NCBI GenBank assembly: GCA_002633005.1
Contig: NMRA01000129.1
Location: forward strand, 214,133-278,132
Direction: 5' to 3'
From: Phoronis australis
Taxonomy: Eukaryota; Animalia; Phoronida
Length of the DNA: 64,000 bases
Shown here: one piece after another, positions 13,344 through 25,600 of the stretch
How positions within the stretch are numbered: the stretch's first letter is position 1
Layout of the letters: every line of letters begins with the position of its first letter
Translations under genes and position numbers: made by a program
The notes under the pieces: model-generated
What the model saw: only the letters and a program-made list of their open reading frames with translations
What the model was told of the DNA's origin: nothing
Database searches by the model: none

Positions 13344-16300
13344 NTCGAAGCCCGCATCTTGTATGGCCTGGATAATGCTCCCGTGAATGCCTGCAACAAA
13401 TGCGTGGTGTCAGCAGGGGTGGGCTAAAACATGGATGATATACACATCCAGGGGCTCATCTGGTGTGTGTGTGCGCGCGGGAGCATGAGTGTGCGCGCGG
13501 GAGCATGAGTGTGCGCGTGTATGTGCATGTGTTTGTGTGTGAGGCAATCTGGACACCACCTCGTGATAATGCGGACCTTAGGAAATCTAAGAGAAAAAGA
13601 TCACATTTGCAACCATCTATGTCAACAAGATGAATATGATTAAACTGATGTTGATATCAACTGGTTAAAAGATGTCAGGATTTGTCTAACTATGGATATC
13701 TTTTTATTTCGAATCAAGACCTTGATAATGTCAGATATCAGGCCAGTTTTTGGCACACAAAAACTGCCACAAGCTAGCACCCTCTATAGGCAATGAGCAA
13801 AATGATTACCTCTCCCACAGAGAAGGAAAACAAAATTAAACTAAAGAACACTCCAAAAAGGTAACTACTACACAACTCTGTAACTCAAGTTGTCTTTATC
13901 AGCAAAAGAGGACAACAAAACAAGAAGAGAGAAGCAGATTGTATTTTCATAAGTAAGCTAAAGGCAAATTCTTATCAATCATTTTCATTTATGAACCCAT
14001 GAATTAATCAAGTTTTGTCGTTTACTTTCTGTTAAAGACACATTTCTCCCTATTTATCTGACTGAAAAGGCTAAAAAACAAAACATAGGAAATTTACTCT
14101 CCTAATAATGGTCTCAAGACATTCCTTATAATGATAGAATTATGTTTTTGTTATCAATTCAAGTCAGTGGCAATGCGTATATATTATGCCATTTTCAAAA
14201 TTTTCAGTAAACTCTTTAGCATTGCCTTAAGTTGCTGATGATTTTTATGTTCATGTTGCTAACGGAAACGGAATCCTATCACAGTAAGGAATATCATGAG
14301 ACCAATTTAATGAGTGAAAGCGGGTCGAATTTAATCTTCGTCTTTAGCTAGATAAAACAGGGCAAAATGTGACTTTAATTAAACCGAGTAAATTTTGGAC
14401 AACTAAAATGAAAGTGAAACGTTGGAAAACAAATCTTAAAAAATATTTGCAGTAAAATGTGTTACGAGATATACTTAATACACACAACTACAACAAAAAC
14501 CAGAGCGAATAAAGTGACTTTACATGAAGACAAAATTCCTACCTTTGAGTACAGCGTGTGGTTTAATGACACAACAGGTCACTTCAGAAAATGTAGCTGT
14601 GTTAGGTTTTGATGGTCCCGCAGACGGAAAGAAGAACTCTAGCTCTCTAGTAGCTGACTGGACCGAATCGGAGCCATGGCAGGCATTCTGTGTTTTGTCT
14701 AGGAGATGAAATACCATTAGATAGACAATGAATCATATTGTAGTTGCGAAAGAGCAAGAAATTAAAATGCCATACAATTTTTGTCATCTCACATCCCTCT
14801 ATATGTGAGATTGTTTTCAAAATAAACTATACAGACTTCAACAGAATTCTGCAACAATTGACTAAACTCAGACGAACAAATTACCAGATTTACTTTTGGC
14901 AATATAGGAGACTATTTGTCTTAAAAATGGCATTTTTGCTGAATTTTAGTCAGAGTTCAATGTTACGTTGTAGTGCTTAGCTGCTAATTGTTTATTTGAA
15001 AAATTTGGTTGTGCAAGACAAATTGTCACGATTTCAACAAAATGAGAGGAGCCACACCTGTCAAGATTTCATTGAGAATTTGCCGGAAATGAAGCATGCT
15101 CTAGACAAAAAGAAAAGGATATTTAGTTACGGTTTTGTGCGTTGATACTTTATCAAATTTTGACACTGTTCGGTTTATTTTGAAAACTACTGCTTTGCTG
15201 GCCTGAACTCTCTCTCCTTGAAGCGTACGTTTTGTAAATGCACTCACAAGAAAATGACAATAATTTGAACAGTGCCTGAAGTCCTCCGCACATCCTATGC
15301 TCCCTATACTTTCTCTACATGGTCACAATAACTCAAGTAAGACAAGAAATCAGTAAAAACTTCAAACCTGAGCTGTTAAACAATTCAGATATTTAAAGAT
15401 AATCAAGTTGATGACCAGAACCATACAGTAGCCTACAGAAACTGTATCTGAAAGCAGGTCAGCCCAGCACAGAACGTTAAGATACTATTGTGACATGTGC
15501 ACATGGTATTTTTGTTTTTGTAATAAAACCAAGTGTAGAAGCAGACCTTTTCCAAATCGCGCTCTAATGCTCGCCGGATTCTCCTTCCTGGCAATAGTGG
15601 CATCTGTTGGTCCCAGCAGTTTTCTCCAAGCATTCACTGCACCATCACCGACTATCTCGAAGGCAACCACCGGACCAGAGGTTATGTAGCGCAGTAGGTC
15701 ACTAGTGAACATTAACAACATGGCGTAAAGAGACTTGGAAAAGTTAACCAAGCGCATTCAACAAGGACATTTTGTTATGACCACCTCATTTTGCACTAAC
15801 AACATATTAAATAACATTTTTAAAATCCATGTGACATGATAAAGCATGGTGAAAATAGCAGAAAAGCAAATTAAAATGTATTGGTTTAGAGAGACATAAT
15901 TATATCTACATTATTTTTTTTATCAATTAACTTGTATCAGGTCACATTTACCTAAGCCATCATTATATGGGTATTCCTGATGACCCATTAAATGAGAAGT
16001 TCAGAATTCACTAGCTGGCAATTAATAAGTAAAAGGTGTCACCCTGACATTAAATACTGTCAGTCTGGTAGTCACAGGTAATCCGTATTTTATGAATGCC
16101 ACCACGTAGGCAAAAGTTTGTTTCCCTTCTTGCTTCATTTAGAAACTCTGGCAATGAACACAGGGGTTCTGGATTTTGAGAACCAGATTGATGCCTGTTA
16201 TTCAGCAGAGAAAACTGGTTCTCAAAATACAGGACCATTGTGGCCATTACCAGAAATCCTTCCAGTGAATGCTGAGTCTCTAAGACATATTGTGTTTAGG

Positions 16301-19300
16301 TAAGACTCACTTGAAGAATGCTTTGCTAGAATGCTCTTGATAAAACTCCATTGCGTCTGCTTTGGTCAACTGGGTCATCTTAATCCTCGTCATGAGAAAT
16401 CCATTTTGACAGATGACGTCGAAGATTTGCCCCATTTTCGGCACGCAGTCTGGTTTGATCATGCCCAATGTCCTGTCAACAAGCATGTTGCAGTACAATA
16501 ATTTTTGGTTATTAATTATGTTTGTATATTTAATTGAGGATGGGCAGGGCTTGATTACTGAGTACATTCTAAGTACACCACAACCATTGCTAAGCAGACT
16601 TCTCGAAAGGCTTAACATTTGTGAGTGATTTAGAATATGCTCAGCAAGGAGGTTTCAGCATTTTAAGTGAGGTAACAGTGACATCACAGTTATATGGCTC
16701 ACTTTAAAAGAAAAATGTCAGTGGCCTGTTCCAAAAGACTGACTTAAGTAATATTGACTTAAAGCCTAAGATTCGTCTCAACTTCCAAACTTTGAAACTT
16801 CCATGTCCAGTAAGATGGCCAAAATTAAGACAAAACTTCAGTCAAAAACTTGTTAAGTCAAACTTAAGATCTCTTTCTTGAAACAGTTTTGAGACAAATT
16901 TAAGTTTTATCTTAAAATTGACTGAAATTCAAGATTTGTCTTAGCTAAGTCAGATTTCTAGGAACGGGCCCCTGGACATTAAAGCTGCAAAAAGCACAAA
17001 TTTCAAATTAAATACATCACGTTTATGGCCACAGAACGAACCACTGAATTCCACAAAGCCCAGTGACATAATGATATAAAAAATAACTCGCACAACTAAA
17101 TTCTCACAAAAAATGAATATGAAAGGAGTTTTGACTCATACCTTATGAAAAAGTTTTAACAATATTGACAGTTATAAGTGTTACAGTAATCAATGTTGCC
17201 TTGAGCAATATAACCTACAATGCATTACCTTTCCTGTTTACGGCTCAGTTTTTGTCGTGTATATTCATCTCCGTAATCCACAAAATTCAGTGTCCTTGAA
17301 TTGACTTCAACAGAGCCACCAACGAACAAATCCTCTAGACGAATTTTGTCCGTCTTCATTCTTTTTAGGAATAATCGTCTATTTTTGATGTCATACTGCA
17401 AAACAAAAAGCAAATTTACCCGCTGTTTTGATTACACAATAGGGAAAATCAGATTACATGATAAATTAAACAGAGAGGTTCGTCTGGGTAAGGTTTGGCA
17501 TCGGTATGGCATTTTAGTACCAGCTAAGCTTTACATTTAAGGTGCAATGAAGACAAGAAGAAATTTGACAAGGTGGGTGGCACGATATATCACATTCTTT
17601 TAGTTGTGCCATCACTATGTGGCTGAACTTAAAATAAAAAATATAGATTAATCATACAGTGTATTTTCACATCCTCAAAAGAGGATATTCGAACTCGGAA
17701 AGTGGCTATTGGTTACCACAGTGATATCATGCACACTGGTTATCAGTAAATGCAGACAGCGAAATCCATTACATACACAGTACATTAATCATCTACACAT
17801 CATGAATAGCACAAAATAATTGTCAATAATTATCATTATTTTCTTAGTTACTATTGCCATGTCTCGGTACTTGAGTACGGATGTACACTATCTAAGAACA
17901 ACAGCAGGTAACTACGTCAAATACCGCATATGAGAATCCCTGTAACTAAGCAACCCTACCAAAAAGACCTGAAAACATAACTTACCATTTCTATTGAATT
18001 GTCCTTGACATAATACATGAATTGGTACTTTCTTATCAGAGCAGCATTTGGATCGTACCACTCAGCTATGAAGACAAAACGATCATCGTCTCCGGTAGCC
18101 TGAAATTTACAAAGTGAATTGAGCATCGATCAACGTAATACATTTAGTTGCCCGTAAATTCTCCCCACGGAGTCATCTTTATAGAGATTTTTTTGCTTAG
18201 TACCATTTGTGTATTGGTGTTAAGCGGAATGACTTCAAACTTCCTCTGAACTGGACAGTGGTCAATTGCACACTATTTTCCAGCCATGGTCTCAGCTGAA
18301 TTGACTGGAACAGTGCTCAGTATTTAGTGACAGGACAGATGTGGCAATACTGACCAATAGATGGCGATAGTTACGTGCAATGCCTATTGAAATAACAAGA
18401 CTTCTCTAGAATTTAGAAACACATCAGATGATTGGAAGCTAGTTACGTCTTGAGGTGGGAGAGATCAAAAATTGGATTTTCTAAAATGTTAAAATTTGTG
18501 TGGATGTCCACAGTGTAAACTCTGATTTGGCTAGCAGGCAAACCATGATTTATTCTGTATGTTAGGCAGTTGTTTTGTGCCATACATGATTGATTTGAAA
18601 TGTCGGTGAGTGGGCTTGGTTTCATCGACGTTATGGAATATTGCGTAACTCGCCACATTACTTATTCACTGACAACTGGGAATTAATTAGTACACTTATC
18701 TGTCTTGCTTTTTTGTGTTTACTGAACACACACAGCTCGAGTGAATGTATGATCAGCCATGTTTCTTACCTCCATCAACCAGAAAACATTACTAACAAGA
18801 TCGATCATAACACGGAATGAGTAGAAATAAACGAAATCGGGCAGATTTAGGAGGGACCATTCCAGTTAAGAGGCATGCCATCCCCTTCAGGCATAGGGAT
18901 ATTGAATACAGTCAGTAATCCTTGCGACGTCCAAAATGTGACAACGAATCATCAAAGATTACGGTATTCAAATGGCCAAAAGCAACAGTCTTAAATAATT
19001 TGAACATTATTCAAAAACGTTCTCTCTCTTTCTCTAATGTTGCTGAGCATCGTGCACCTATCCGTCGAACAGTAAAGGTACGCGGGTTATGGGCAGTTAA
19101 GTGAGCATGGGCGTTAACCCGAACATTTACGGTAAACAGTGCACAATGTATTTTCATTGTATCACTCTAGCTTACAATAAACTACAGGTGCAACAGCAGT
19201 TTTCAAATCCAGACAACAATTTGATCCATTGATAAAAGCATTGAAGAAAACACCCCCTTCCCCCAACTAAAAACGCTGAGTTGTCAACAAACAGAATCCA

Positions 19301-21006
19301 AATAGTTTTGTTAATATCTATTTTCGTTTCTTAACCTAACTTTTCAGGTTAGGAAATGAGGCAGTGTGGCCTGGTTGATAAGTGCCCGCTTTCTTTACTC
19401 AAGGTCGTGGGTTCGAGTCCCACTAGGTCACACTGCTAAACCCTTGAGTCTGGTTTCTAGCAACTCAGCTCGGTGATCCTGGGCCCGGTCTCCAATCTTT
19501 TTACTCGAAATGGAACTCGAAATTAGGTTTGGCATTTTCTACTCTACTTTTAGGCGAACTCAAGATAAGTGTCTATTATTCTATGCTCGAGTACACAATA
19601 ACTTACATAGATTATTGCCCTTAGTTCACAGTTTGTAAACCCAATATTAAAGCAATAAGTTCGAGTTTGAACTCGAAATTTCAAGTTTTTACTCGAGTTT
19701 GTAGCACGAATATAAGGGTCTTCAAGGGCAAACTTGAACTAGAAACTCCTATGCATAAACTATAATGTATTCGAGCACAGTCTGATAACCAATTATCTTA
19801 AGTTCGCACAAAAGGAGCAGAGAAATTGCCAAAAATAGTTTCGAGTTCATTTCGAGAACAAAGATTAGAGACTAGGCCCAGGTGATCAGTGCAATCATGG
19901 CCCACATACGAGGCCTGCGCATGTCTGGTACAACGTGAATCAGACTGCCTGCAATTATTTTTTTAACTTTTAATTGAATTTCAATAACCATTTCTAAACA
20001 GTTTCAGTCCACATTATTTCAATGACAAGTACATAGCTAGGAACTTCATAGATAATACAATAAGGACTCTGCATGACCCTTCACACAAAAAGACCTTCTA
20101 AGGTCAGTCTTTGTGATATCAAAAGCCGATGATGCTTGGTGCTGTAGATAATTCTGAAATGCAAGTTGTAATGAAACCGAGTGAGTTCACCAGATGCACA
20201 ACCCATTTCATGAAAACTCTTATTTTGTCAAAATATTTGTACACCTTCCGCTGTCGTCAAGGGGCCTGTTAATCAGGGAGTCTGATCTAACGTCCTATTT
20301 TGTGGAGTAAATCAATTGCCATATTAGAGTCATCGTGGCAATAAAATACTCCAGGTAAAACAAATTGGCATATCCGGCTAGAATTGGTCATTTTAGACAT
20401 GTTTGGCTTCTGACATTGAAGTTATGATGAGTTTTTCCCAAGGAACTACAACAAAAAATAGCCAAAATTAATGCTTTATATTATGGATCTCACGGTACCG
20501 GTTGAACAGCTTTAATAATATAACTCTTTAAAACGTGGCATGGTAGATAATTGACCATCAACTTGCGAATGACACACAACAGGCACGCTTGGCAATGAGG
20601 AAGTTTGATATCTAGATTAGTCTCTATTTATAGTATTTATAAACCTGTCCTCTGGAGTTGAACCCAAACATGTTTGTGGGATTTACTCTTTATAAAAAGA
20701 TACAACTTACACATTTTCCAAGACTATGGGACAATGTTTTATGACTGTAAAAGCCCCACTGAATCACTTGGTCAATTTGACATTTATCAAACAGCAGAAT
20801 GCTCTTTCCTGGCAATATGCAACTTGTCACAAATACAGCCAGAAACACTGACAACATATTGTCATATTGCACCTGCACCAACTGCAACGTACCGGTTATG
20901 ACTAGACATGTGAGGTTAAGATAAAGATGTGTACCCAATAACGTTTTCAAATTACGACAACGTCAAGAAACTCAGCCCAAAAGTAAAAGAAGGCACTCAC
21001 AGCCAT
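9332..21006 (-). CDS. NME7: Nucleoside diphosphate kinase 7 (DM10 + two NDK domains), 9 coding exons, 378 aa
   Basis: Coding exons (minus strand, all GT-AG, phases consistent): 21001-21006 (ATG GCT|gtgagt), 17986-18099 (ATGDDDRFVFIAEWYDPNAALIRKYQF...IEM), 17229-17395 (YDIKNRRLFLKR...), 16311-16472 (TLGMIKPD...FYQEHSSKAFF), 15547-15701 (YITSGPVVAFE...WRKLLGP...SIRARFG), 14543-14698 (NACHGSDS...TCCVIKPHAV), 12997-13232 (EFLEVYKGVV...SGPCLVLE...CGPADP), 11695-11802 (EIARHLRPRTLRARFG...NAVHCTDLPED), 9332-9364 (VEYFFKVLDR*). Sum 1137 nt. The 6-nt first exon is the least certain. Confidence 0.96.
11853..12005. mobile_element. Truncated copy of the 16714-16980 MITE family
   Basis: Shares TTGAGACAAATTTAAGTTT...AATTGACTGA...AAGATTTGT.TTAGCTAAGTCAG with 16825-16975. 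Confidence 0.7.
12504..12571. repeat. 34-bp tandem duplication
   Basis: TTTACAGGTAACAGTACTCTCCATAATAGTTCAA twice. Confidence 0.9.
13303..13343. repeat. (GT)n microsatellite
   Basis: Uninterrupted GT run next to an N join. Confidence 0.95.
16714..16980. mobile_element. MITE in NME7 intron
   Basis: Imperfect TIR CAGTGGCCTGTTCC / GGAACGGGCCCCTG with CTTAAG-rich subrepeats. A truncated homologue lies at ~11853-12005. Confidence 0.7.
19360..19955 (+). mobile_element. tRNA-derived SINE interrupted by a MITE
   Basis: tRNA-like head 19360-19430: A-box-like TGGCCTGGTTGA, and T-arm/B box GTGGGTTCGAGTCCCAC. Acceptor and anticodon stems do not pair. The body resumes after 19886; 3' end approximate. 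Confidence 0.65.
19478..19882. mobile_element. MITE nested in the SINE, 405 bp
   Basis: TIR CCTGGGCCCGGTCTC.AATCTTT / AAAGATTAGAGACTAGGCCCAGG; 4-bp TSD TGAT (19474-19477 and 19883-19886); many ACTCGAAA / TTCGAG subrepeats. Confidence 0.85.
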
Positions 21007-21300
21007 TTCAAAATTCTTTTCACAAGTCCTCTTTACGATTCAATTGACTTTCAGGCGTTGTTTGCAGCATGCACTATGTCACTGAACCAAAAACTCCAGA
21101 AACAGTGTCATAGCAACTACGCGCCAAGACCTTTTATGACGTACATTATGATTGGTCAACTCAATGTGTGTCACTTTCCTTGTGGCATATTTGTGAACTA
21201 ATCTATCCCAGCGCCATCTAGGTTTGTACACGCAGGAAATTTGACTTTTTCAGCCTCAGGAATTTGCTGTGACGCCGCTCTTACTTTTATTTCACGTCTT
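21007..21300. promoter_or_regulatory. Putative bidirectional promoter of NME7 and BLZF1
   Basis: Lies between divergent start codons (21006 minus, 22607 plus). Contains an RFX X-box-like AGTGTCATAGCAAC (~21104-21117), CRE-like TGACGTA (21137-21143) and reverse CCAAT (ATTGG, 21151-21155). Confidence 0.55.
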
Positions 21301-21702
21301 TCTAGGCATATTTAGGGGCATGACTTAACCTTGTTGGTCATCTCTACCTCTTCAGCAGTAGGCGAATCAAACCAGTGACGACCACCTCCGATGCCGAACC
21401 GGGACAGTCGAACCGCTGGAACAGAACAGGGAAGTGAATAGAGTTGAAGGGACAAAAATTGTGCTGCTGCGTGCTGTAAACAGTGTAAGCATGTATCATC
21501 GTTATGTTGTCATTTTTACCTACAGATATGGAAGGTATGAGGTGGTGGTCCATCAAGTAACGGGAGGAAATTACTAGATTTTAAGAATCTGTCAATCATT
21601 TAATGAATTATGATGAGTATGACTAGTATTTTAGTATTAACGTAATCTGTAGGGCTCGATTAGGTGTAGACAGTGCCACCGTCATGACCGGCCCCTGTAA
21701 AA

Positions 21703-21858
21703 ACGATGAGGTGCCTATAGATGCTTCATGCGCGGGAAGCTTTTCGGCAAATTATGCCTCGGCTCACACTGATTAAACATCACTAAGGTCACGTTCCGGT
21801 ATACCCATGTTTTGTAAGTACCTCTTGAGAATACCCATAGAGGCACACCTTAGGAGCC
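21703..21858 (+). mobile_element. Diverged fragment related to the TIR of the 48486-49417 element
   Basis: Shares GGAAGCTTTTC.GC.AATTATGCCTCG, GTCACGTT and CATAGAGG.ACACCTTAGGAG in the same order as 48525-48650. Confidence 0.7.
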
Positions 21859-22606
21859 AACATCAGACTTTATTTGGCAACCTTGTGAAAACTCAGAGTG
21901 AGAGAGTGAATTCAGTGTACACTGCTCCCACGAATGAATCGTGCAAGAGAGTAAAGTAAAGTCAATCTAACCTTCTAAAATTAAGTTGCATCCAGTCATA
22001 TGGCCGATTCTTAAACATCTCTCATAGGAAATAGGAGATGCAAGTTGGAATCGTTAGGCAAAAAAGTGGGCCCAGTTGTGTTTATCTTGCTCAGTACATG
22101 AACCTGGGTGAAAATTATTGCATCCAAATGGAAAAAGTGTCCATCACAGAACACGCGAAACTCTTAATTTTCCATTTGAGCAAAGAAATGCCATTCGGGT
22201 AATCTCGGGGAAGGCCGTCGCCATTGGTTACTTGTCAAGTCCGGTGGTGTTTCATTTCAAATAACTCATTTCAACTCTTTTCAACGAGATTTGGCGACTC
22301 ATGCAGCTCCTGTTTGGCAGCTTAGGAAATTTGTCAGGTGGCCTTTGGGGACTTAATGTTATGCTAAACGTCAAGCCATCAACAGTGTGTCAATCTACTT
22401 CTAAAAAATTTGCTTTTAAAATCAGGTGTCTCGGTATTCTCAGTTGCTGTTCTCAGTAGTCACTTACAAGTGTATCCACATTTTGAGAACCAGTTTTCCC
22501 TATTGAATAACAGAAATCAAACTGGTTACCAGTATCCGGAACCCCTGTATGTGACTTGCTTCTTTACATTGCAGAACTTGTAGAGCAACGTTGACCCAGC
22601 AAACAA

Positions 22607-25600
22607 ATGCATAAACGAAGGGACAAGACTCGTGTTCAAGATGTGGGGCTCGTGCGCATGACTTCTAACCTGCAAAGGACTAGCTCCCAACAAATTCCAG
22701 TTGTTCCTCATGAGCCAAATAAAGCCGCCGTAAAACAAAGTGTTTACTCGACAAGAATAGACTTTCTGAAAACTGACAGAATTGCCAAGACACAAACAGG
22801 GTCAAGTGACAAACTCGTAATAAAAAATGTGGCTTACGCACATGAAGATAAAACCAAGCAAACCATTTCAGAGCTGGAGGTTACTGACAAGAAATCTACA
22901 ACAGATTGCGGCATTAGTTTTCCCCCAAAACAGGAGAACTGTACGTTGCCAATTCTTGAAACACCACAATCCGAGACGAATGACTTTCTGACAAGCCATC
23001 TGTCTCTTCAATGGTCGCCCACGTCTTGTCAGTCAGAAGAGCAATGTGTGAGCTCTAGTAGGATTGGTTTTTATCCCCCCATGCCTAAACTTAAGCCCAT
23101 TAATGTCGTTGACCCAGTCCTGAGCAGGCCAGAGAGGTCATATGGGGACTCCATTGAAACACCAGAGGAAGTGTCGCCTACGTCCAGACTGGAAGTGGAA
23201 AGGCTGCAGAAAGAGCTGGAGTCTCAGGTCAAGGTAATTCGGAGCACGGAGAACAAAACAGGAAGTGTTTGTGGGCAGGAACTATCATTTAACTTGTCTT
23301 TAGAAACATTGTTGAAAATATGCTGGGCAGAATATAGTAGTATAGTGGCTGAAGACTACATGTATGAGTTGTGAATTTATAAATTTAGAACAATCGACTG
23401 GAACCATGTTGCTCATTCCTGCTCAGAACTTAAGAATTAGATTTTGTGGTTCATCTTGTTATAATGCACATACAGGTTTTCTCTAAGCCATCTTTGCATT
23501 TGGTCATTCCTAGGTGAATGCTGAGCTCAAGAAGATGCTGGTTGCATCCATGGGTGATGATCTGGAGTATAGAATGGAACGATTGCTCAGGTAAGCAAAT
23601 AGAAGGTATGGGTTGCTTAGGTAAGCAACACCAAACAGAAGGTATGGATTGCTTAGGTAAGCTACACCAAACAGAAGGTATGGATTGCTTAGGTAAGCTA
23701 CACCAAACAGAAGGTATGGCTTGCTTAGGTAAGCAACACCAAACAGAAGGTATGGCTTGCTTAGGTAAGCAACACCAAACAGAAGGTATGGATTGCTTAG
23801 GTAAGCTAAGAGCCAGCTTAACGTAGCCAGCGAAACTTAAGGCGAAATTCAGCTTTAAAAATCAAAATTTGACACTGATATGTGCTCCTGGATTTTTCCT
23901 TCTCATTTGCATAATTTATGTATGGTTCTTCTGACCTCAGAACTTGGGTCACTTGGAAACATTTATAATAAGTTATCTGCATGTCCATCTCAATGGTAAC
24001 TATGTAACCCTGGGTTCTCTTCCAAATAATGGGTGGGGGGTTTCTGCCACACATCCAAATCTTGGTCAATAGCAGTGTTTGTCTGGGGCTACGTTATTTG
24101 AACATTTTCTGCAGTCAAGCTAAAAAAGACAAACATTGTGGGCGCATCACTTTCCTGGCAATATTTGGTATTAAAGTTATAAGAAATTAAAAGCAAAGAC
24201 ATGAGAATCATCCGTATTGTTTATGGGTTATCGGTGTGAAAAATTTATCCAGATTTACTTTTAATCTTTTTCCAGTATGCATTGCAAACATTTTAAAGTC
24301 TGGTCTGCACGCCACCTGTTGGTCATATCACATAACCTAATATTATTTCTGAAGAGATTTCTGCCCTTACCGGCTATGTGATGTGGCCAACAGGTGACAT
24401 GCAGACCAGACTTAAGAACGTTTTGCGATCTATATTTCCACATAATTTGTTCGTATATCAATATGCATAATTCATCTTTCTGTGGTAGCATAATCATTTC
24501 TTGGCTGTTTTCTTGGGTCCAGATAATTTTGAAAGGTGTGTTCCCTGAACCCCAGTGTGGGGCAAACTGTGTAACGTAATACCAGTTCAGGGCACCTGGG
24601 AAAACAGGTACTTGAACAATATGTACTGGTGGGAAAGCTTTCTCTAGAACCATTCCCATTCATGAAGGCATTTTGTAGTCTGCTTGTTATGGAAGCAATT
24701 AATACCTTGAAACAGCCAAAATGTACGAAGATGGACAATCATTGATCAAAAAGATTTAGATAATGTACACGTAAGAGTATTTATATTAAATTGTACGCAA
24801 CCATTTTGTGTGTCTGCTAACTGTCATACCAAAGGCACTTCAGTATAACTGTTAATTAAAACTTAATCTTCAGTTTGGTGCGCAATATGCACACGTGAGA
24901 TTTTATTTCATCAGATCTATTTACTAAAACAACTTTTCCAGAATTTTTATTTTGCTTTTAGCATACTTAGTATGTACAGCTGTCAAGAATATCTTTTGGT
25001 GGTGTAATAAGTCGCAAAAAAGGAAATTGACTATATTTGTTGTCAATTATTTGTGTCCTAAAATGAATTTTTTTTTAGCATAATATGTCAAAAGTAATCA
25101 GACAAAATACCATTTCTCTGTCATGACAATTAATGCCCTGGATAGCTAAAATGACTGACAATGATCTGTCATTACAGGAAATTTCTAATGACAGAATAGC
25201 ATTTCCGCCCTTATTTAGTTCCCTTTCATTTGTGATAATAAAGACTACTATGTTGATGAATCCTGCTTATGTACAGCCATCATGATGGGGAATTCCGAGT
25301 TATTTTGTCTGAGTGAATACTTTTGCATGAACGATGTTCTAACCTGAATATTCACATTGTGCTGCAGGGACAGAGCCCAACTGAGTGAAGAAATAGGACA
25401 TTACACCCGCCGTGTTACTGAGGACTACGAAGAACTAGACAAGGTGTCAATCCAAGCTGACATGTGGCGCAGTAAATACCTGGCCAGCAGGTGGGGATGT
25501 ACTCTAAAATTAAATTTGCAAGGTTTCAAATTCATTCGAGGAGGATTTTGAAACCTTTTGAAGAAGTCTCTCAGGAAATTGGCAGCGAAATTTCAGAGCT

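Noticed and set aside
13187-13473. Apparent duplication of an NME7 exon start and acceptor (13187-13313 again at 13345-13473)
   Set aside because: Identical copies separated by a single N next to a GT microsatellite: a contig-overlap artefact.
19360-19432. Possible tRNA gene
   Set aside because: The T-arm is intact but acceptor and anticodon stems do not form; better read as a SINE head. The same applies to 39281-39335.
23518-23826. 102-aa ORF with (GKQHQTEGMDCL)n repeats; superficially CRISPR-like array
   Set aside because: Out-of-frame translation of an intronic minisatellite; there are no unique spacers and the DNA is eukaryotic.
25252-25312. Possible C/D snoRNA in a BLZF1 intron (TGATGA...CTGA)
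   Set aside because: No terminal stem, and a similar sequence occurs intergenically at ~30740-30800, which suggests a dispersed repeat.
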